Assembly: GCA_038065435.1 (NCBI GenBank)
Contig: JBBTQZ010000029.1
Span: 1-28,770, forward strand
DNA from: Patescibacteria group bacterium
Lineage (GTDB): Bacteria; Patescibacteriota; Minisyncoccia; Phycocordibacterales; WO2-35-19
DNA: 28,770 nt
Direction of reading: 5' to 3'
Shown here in pieces: positions 25,270-28,770 of this stretch. A model generated the notes under the pieces. The model searched no databases. It was not told the origin of the DNA and worked only from the letters and a program-made list of their open reading frames with translations. Position 1 is the first letter of the stretch. Each line of letters begins with the position of its first letter. Made by a program: the position numbers and the translations under genes.

Positions 25270-25785
25270 CTACTCAAAGAATCCTCCATCTTTATAAAAT
25301 TTAATTAACATCAGGGCTGTTTTTTTCTCTGACTTTTTGACTTTTTTTAGCCATTTTTGGCTTTCTGACAAACGCTTGCGAATAAGCAGATACAGTAGAC
25401 GAGTAATTTTGTTGAAATTATCTTTGGGTTGATACTTGAGAGCCATGGAGCTGTATTTAAGTGCCATTTTTTTGTTTTTATACCCCCAAATCGCATAACT
25501 GATTGCATGGTGATACCAAAGCCATAATATAAGTCTTCTTTCATGCCCTTCTTTTTTGGAAAGATACGTTGTATCAATTTTCTCTAATATATTTTTGATC
25601 TTAGTTGTAATATGCCTAGGACTTATATAGTCTTTGATCTTGGATATAACAATTTTCTGATCCTCATTTAAGTATAGACCGTAAAGCTCATCAGTATTCT
25701 CTGCATGTAGCAATTTATAAACATTGCTGATTAAACTATTCCCATGATCTTTTTTTTCGGTTGACCTTTTTGTTACTTCACTCAT
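25270..25785 (-). CDS. Hypothetical helical (TPR-like) protein, 171 aa
   Basis: Open frame; ALKYSSMALKYQPKD resembles a TPR helix pair; AT-rich. Confidence 0.7.
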   Translation of the reverse strand: MSEVTKRSTEKKDHGNSLISNVYKLLHAENTDELYGLYLNEDQKIVISKIKDYISPRHITTKIKNILEKIDTTYLSKKEGHERRLILWLWYHHAISYAIWGYKNKKMALKYSSMALKYQPKDNFNKITRLLYLLIRKRLSESQKWLKKVKKSEKKTALMLIKFYKDGGFFE

Positions 25786-25798
25786 AAAATTATGCTAA

Positions 25799-25826
25799 CG
25801 GGTCGCGGTTTTAATGCCGCGACCCG
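25799..25826 (-). terminator. Strong hairpin 3' of the precursor gene (terminator or stability element)
   Basis: Perfect 10-bp stem CGGGTCGCGG/CCGCGACCCG, 10 nt past the precursor stop; weak U-tract. Confidence 0.7.
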
Positions 25827-25836
25827 ATCGGGAACC

Positions 25837-25998
25837 TTATCTGCTCGCATCTTCACACTGATCATGCATCTCTTGTTGCTGACCAGCGGTAGTTACGACC
25901 GTAAAGTGACTGGCAGTAGGATGAGATACTTCCGGTTTCTCCTCAATTCGTCGAAGCAGAAGAGGAGTCTCTTCGGTTTCTTTGATAAGAACTGGCAT
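25837..25998 (-). CDS. Putative graspetide precursor peptide, 53 aa (not in the ORF track)
   Basis: MPVLIKETEETPLLLRRIEEKPEVSHPTASHFTVVTTAGQQQEMHDQCEDASR; GAAAGGAG SD; Thr/Ser followed by Glu/Asp in the C-terminal core. Confidence 0.8.
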   Translation of the reverse strand: MPVLIKETEETPLLLRRIEEKPEVSHPTASHFTVVTTAGQQQEMHDQCEDASR

Positions 25999-26073
25999 TT
26001 ATTTCTCCTTTCCTCAAGAAGCATCTTGCAAGCATGCTCCTATCCAAAATACAGTCTTACCTGTCTATTAAAC

Positions 26074-26101
26074 ATTATAAATCTCAAAATCATTCTGTCA
26101 A
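26074..26101 (-). promoter_or_regulatory. Consensus sigma70 promoter for the precursor gene
   Basis: TTGACA (26101-26096), 16-nt spacer, TATAAT (26079-26074). Confidence 0.8.
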
Positions 26102-26126
26102 TTTACTTTTTTCAACAACATGTTCT

Positions 26127-26157
26127 AAATAACTGGAGAGGGTCACCCTCCTCCAAC
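26127..26157 (+). repeat. AAATAACTG-N3-AGGGTCACCCTCC-YCCAAC repeat, copy 2
   Basis: 27/31 nt identical to 24042-24072. Confidence 0.85.
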
Positions 26158-26212
26158 AAAGAAAGCTCCGGAACCCTTTTCAAATGGAGCTGGGGTTATA
26201 TAAAAATAGAAA

Positions 26213-26686
26213 TTATTTGCGGATAGTGATGCTTATTTCTACTGTGATGTCGTCAGTGATGGAGTTCTTTGATACAGAGACTTGCATTGCCCCACTCTTA
26301 CCTTCCTTTTCGGCCAGAATAAATGCCGAGGTTGCTTCTTGTGTGGAATTTTTGATGGCCCAACCACTTTCCTCCAAATACTCACTGTAAATTTCAAAAT
26401 TTTCTTCTACAGTTTTTTTGGAATAATAGCGGTAAACTTGCTGTTCTTCGCGGCTATCTACCGTTCTCACTATTTCATTCCTCTGCATAGGTGCACCCTC
26501 CTCAAGAGGTAAATCGGTCGGCAGCAGAGGAGCCAGCTTGCCCGGCTCTACATATTCTATAGTAACTTTGGGAGGCACAACTACCTCTTCCTCTTCTTGA
26601 GTGCCCTTAAACCAACCGCTTCTATAGCCCCAATACCCCAGAGCGATCAATACGATCAAAAAAAGTACTAACAATTTGTCTTTCAT
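26213..26686 (-). CDS. Hypothetical membrane-anchored protein, 157 aa
   Basis: N-terminal TM helix; follows the DsbA-family gene in the same operon. Confidence 0.8.
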   Translation of the reverse strand: MKDKLLVLFLIVLIALGYWGYRSGWFKGTQEEEEVVVPPKVTIEYVEPGKLAPLLPTDLPLEEGAPMQRNEIVRTVDSREEQQVYRYYSKKTVEENFEIYSEYLEESGWAIKNSTQEATSAFILAEKEGKSGAMQVSVSKNSITDDITVEISITIRK

Positions 26687-26691
26687 AATAT

Positions 26692-27399
26692 TTATTTTAG
26701 AGCTGTTTCTAATTCTTTTTCAAAATCGGCCAAAGGCAGTGCTCCGACCACCCTCTTGCCGTTTATAAAGAAAGTTGGCGTACCAGAGACTCCAGCCTTA
26801 TTGCCTGCGTCAAAATCTTGTTTTACCGCAGCTTCCGCCTCGCCGTTGTCCAAACATTTGTTAAACTTCGCGGTGTCCAACCCCAAGTCAGAGGCGTATT
26901 TCTTTAGATCCACAATATCCAAACCAGCGCCATCGGATTGCCCTTTGCTAAAAAGAATATCGTGATAAGGGAAAAACCGTCCCTGTCGGTGCGCGCATTC
27001 TGCCGCCTCACTCGCCTTTTGAGCATTTTTATGAAAACTCAAAGGAAAATGACGCACTATAAACTTTACTTTGCCCGTGTCTATATATTTTGCTTTTATA
27101 CTGGTATATGTTTCTTCGAAAAATTTCTGGCAAAATGGGCACTGAAAATCTGTAAACTCCACCACTTCTACCTTGCCTTTGCCAATACTCGGAGCGTAGA
27201 GTCTATCCTCCAAATCAACTTTCTCGGCTGGTAAATTTTGCTGACCTTGCACGACAGCACCTTTTGCTAAAGGAGAGCCTCCGGCAATTTTGTTTGCCCC
27301 CACAGATATACTGATCGCGATAATAATAGAGCCAAGTAATATACTAGCGGGGATACTCCAATCTTTTTCTTCATTAAAAAGTTTATCTAGTATGCTCAT
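26692..27399 (-). CDS. DsbA-family thiol-disulfide oxidoreductase
   Basis: TM anchor, EFTDFQCPFC, RHFPL, GTPTFFING. Confidence 0.93.
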   Translation of the reverse strand: MSILDKLFNEEKDWSIPASILLGSIIIAISISVGANKIAGGSPLAKGAVVQGQQNLPAEKVDLEDRLYAPSIGKGKVEVVEFTDFQCPFCQKFFEETYTSIKAKYIDTGKVKFIVRHFPLSFHKNAQKASEAAECAHRQGRFFPYHDILFSKGQSDGAGLDIVDLKKYASDLGLDTAKFNKCLDNGEAEAAVKQDFDAGNKAGVSGTPTFFINGKRVVGALPLADFEKELETALK

Positions 27400-27445
27400 A
27401 TTGTTTTTCTGAATTGTTTAGGTTCATTTTAATCTTTTTATCTAT

Positions 27446-28770
27446 TTACTTCAAGTCAAGCTCCACTCTATCCCCCTCCAAGAGGCCAGATACCACTTCC
27501 ACTATTCCACCTTTACCGATGAGACCTGTGGTAATCTCTGTCTCGCTCACCTCCCCTCCTTCAATCTTTTTTACAAAAGATTTGCCATCTTTTTTTGTTA
27601 CCGCAAATATCGGAATGGAGAGTGCGTCTCCCATATAATCAGTCTCTATATTTATATTTGCCGTCAAGCCACTTTTTATGCGCTCATCCATCTTTTGGAG
27701 TTCAATCCGCACTTTATAATTTGCCACACCGTCTACAATGGTCTCTCCCGGATCTATGAAGACTACGGTGCCCTCAAATACTTCTTCAGGCAAAGCGTCA
27801 AACACTATTTTCGCTATATTACCAATATTTAGTTTTGATATATTTATTTCCGAAACATTGGCTTCAATGTACATATCTGATTCAGAGATCATAGAGATCA
27901 GTGTCTCTCCCGCTTTGGCTATACCGCCCACTTTTGCCTCTTGCAGAGTAACAGTGCCGCTAAAAGGAGCAACTATTCTGGTTTTATATAGATCTGCTTC
28001 TAAAGAGCTTACGGAAGATTTTGTTTGGCTCAATTTTGCTTCTACTCCTCCGATGGTGGAAATGCTCTTTTTGGCTGTCGCCACAGTACTACGAGCGCTG
28101 TCTACAGCGGTTTTATATCCAGTTACCGTACTTTCGTATTGATATTCAGCTGGAGCAAAAGAGTTTATGGCGTAAGCCACTCTATCTATAAACAGCGACA
28201 CGGTGTTCATTCTTTCAATTGCCTTATAAGAAAATTGCCCGGCATTGTCTGGAGTAACAAGCGATAGCTCCGCCTTCCATTCATTGAGGAGTCGCTCTAC
28301 AGATCTGCGAGTAGTATTGAGCTCAAGGGCTACCTCACTCGGCACTTTGAAATAGTGAGTGAAGTTGCCATCATCAAATTTGACTTCAAATTGTGGATTC
28401 TCTTTTGGTTGCTTAAAGAACTGATCAACTTTGTTGCGCACAGCATTATCACTCGTAGAATAGCCGTCCATTATAGCGAGAGCTATATTTTTGCCCTGAT
28501 CCTTATAGTCAGCCTCTGCTTCTGTTAGGACCGCTTTCTCTTTGGAGATAAGGGCGAGCTGTGAGGTATTGTCTAGCTCTGCAATGAGAGTCCCTTGTCG
28601 TATATAATCCCCCACTTCTACAAAAGATCTGGCTACTCGCCCCCCAATATCAAACCCTAGATCCACTTCGTCTCTAGCCTTGGTCTTGCCTGTTATATTT
28701 ACTTCTTGGATCAGGTCCGCCCTTACCACAAACGCAATTTCCTTTTTTTCTTTGCCATTTAGGCCAATCA
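27446..28770 (-). CDS. Efflux periplasmic adaptor (HlyD/MacA-type membrane fusion protein), 5' truncated
   Basis: V.VGD.I..G.LIA.LD lipoyl half, I.APFSGTV, EANVSEINI, GLTANINI; frame open to the window end. Confidence 0.9.
   Translation of the reverse strand, partial: IGLNGKEKKEIAFVVRADLIQEVNITGKTKARDEVDLGFDIGGRVARSFVEVGDYIRQGTLIAELDNTSQLALISKEKAVLTEAEADYKDQGKNIALAIMDGYSTSDNAVRNKVDQFFKQPKENPQFEVKFDDGNFTHYFKVPSEVALELNTTRRSVERLLNEWKAELSLVTPDNAGQFSYKAIERMNTVSLFIDRVAYAINSFAPAEYQYESTVTGYKTAVDSARSTVATAKKSISTIGGVEAKLSQTKSSVSSLEADLYKTRIVAPFSGTVTLQEAKVGGIAKAGETLISMISESDMYIEANVSEINISKLNIGNIAKIVFDALPEEVFEGTVVFIDPGETIVDGVANYKVRIELQKMDERIKSGLTANINIETDYMGDALSIPIFAVTKKDGKSFVKKIEGGEVSETEITTGLIGKGGIVEVVSGLLEGDRVELDLK

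Larger units (their letters stand above)
17700..26170. mobile_element. Mosaic genomic island of stacked cassettes; no integrase or transposase visible
   Basis: Alternating GC-richer and AT-rich modules, strong SD motifs unlike the core genes, duplicated gene tips and flanking palindromic repeats. Confidence 0.65.

Noticed and set aside
25792-26226. 144-aa plus-strand ORF in the track
   Set aside because: It is antisense to the precursor and runs across its promoter and the repeat; no SD or recognisable motif, so likely a shadow frame.
171-28267. The many 60-220 aa antisense or alternate-frame ORFs in the track overlapping clear genes (for example 5246-5908, 10083-10679, 20310-20828)
   Set aside because: They overlap well-supported genes, lack initiation signals and motifs, and look like shadow ORFs.
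1-28770. tRNA or rRNA genes
   Set aside because: No cloverleaf with T-loop/D-loop consensus and no rRNA-like segment was seen in the intergenic regions; tRNAscan/Infernal were not run.

Overview
Chromosomal fragment that looks like a Patescibacteria/Parcubacteria (CPR) genome; this is inferred from the short GAD-less AspRS, the scpA-scpB-DD-carboxypeptidase-mraY-ftsW-murG-gltX-M23 block, and core genes that mostly lack a Shine-Dalgarno (SD) site. Two accessory zones flank the core block. Zone 1 (1-5240) holds an ABC exporter preceded by a leader-peptide transcription attenuator absent from the ORF track, two repeat-bounded cargo units stacked in tandem, and an aspS-nucleotidyltransferase pair followed by the orphan 3' tip of an archaeal-type AspRS. 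Zone 2 (about 17700-26170) is a mosaic island with no integrase or transposase. It contains (i) an atypical TyrRS coupled to a catalytically degenerate TyrRS-like partner, (ii) an HTH-hydrolase-inositol-phosphate synthase-nucleotidyltransferase operon, and (iii) a graspetide-type RiPP cassette: an MvdC/MvdD-like ATP-grasp ligase plus a 53-aa precursor absent from the ORF track (25837-25998, minus) with consensus promoter hexamers and SD, bracketed by palindromic repeats. Short orphan gene 3' tips sit at cargo boundaries four times, suggesting recombinase-independent stacking of cassettes. No rRNA, tRNA or CRISPR array was seen. All alignments and base-pairings were done by eye.
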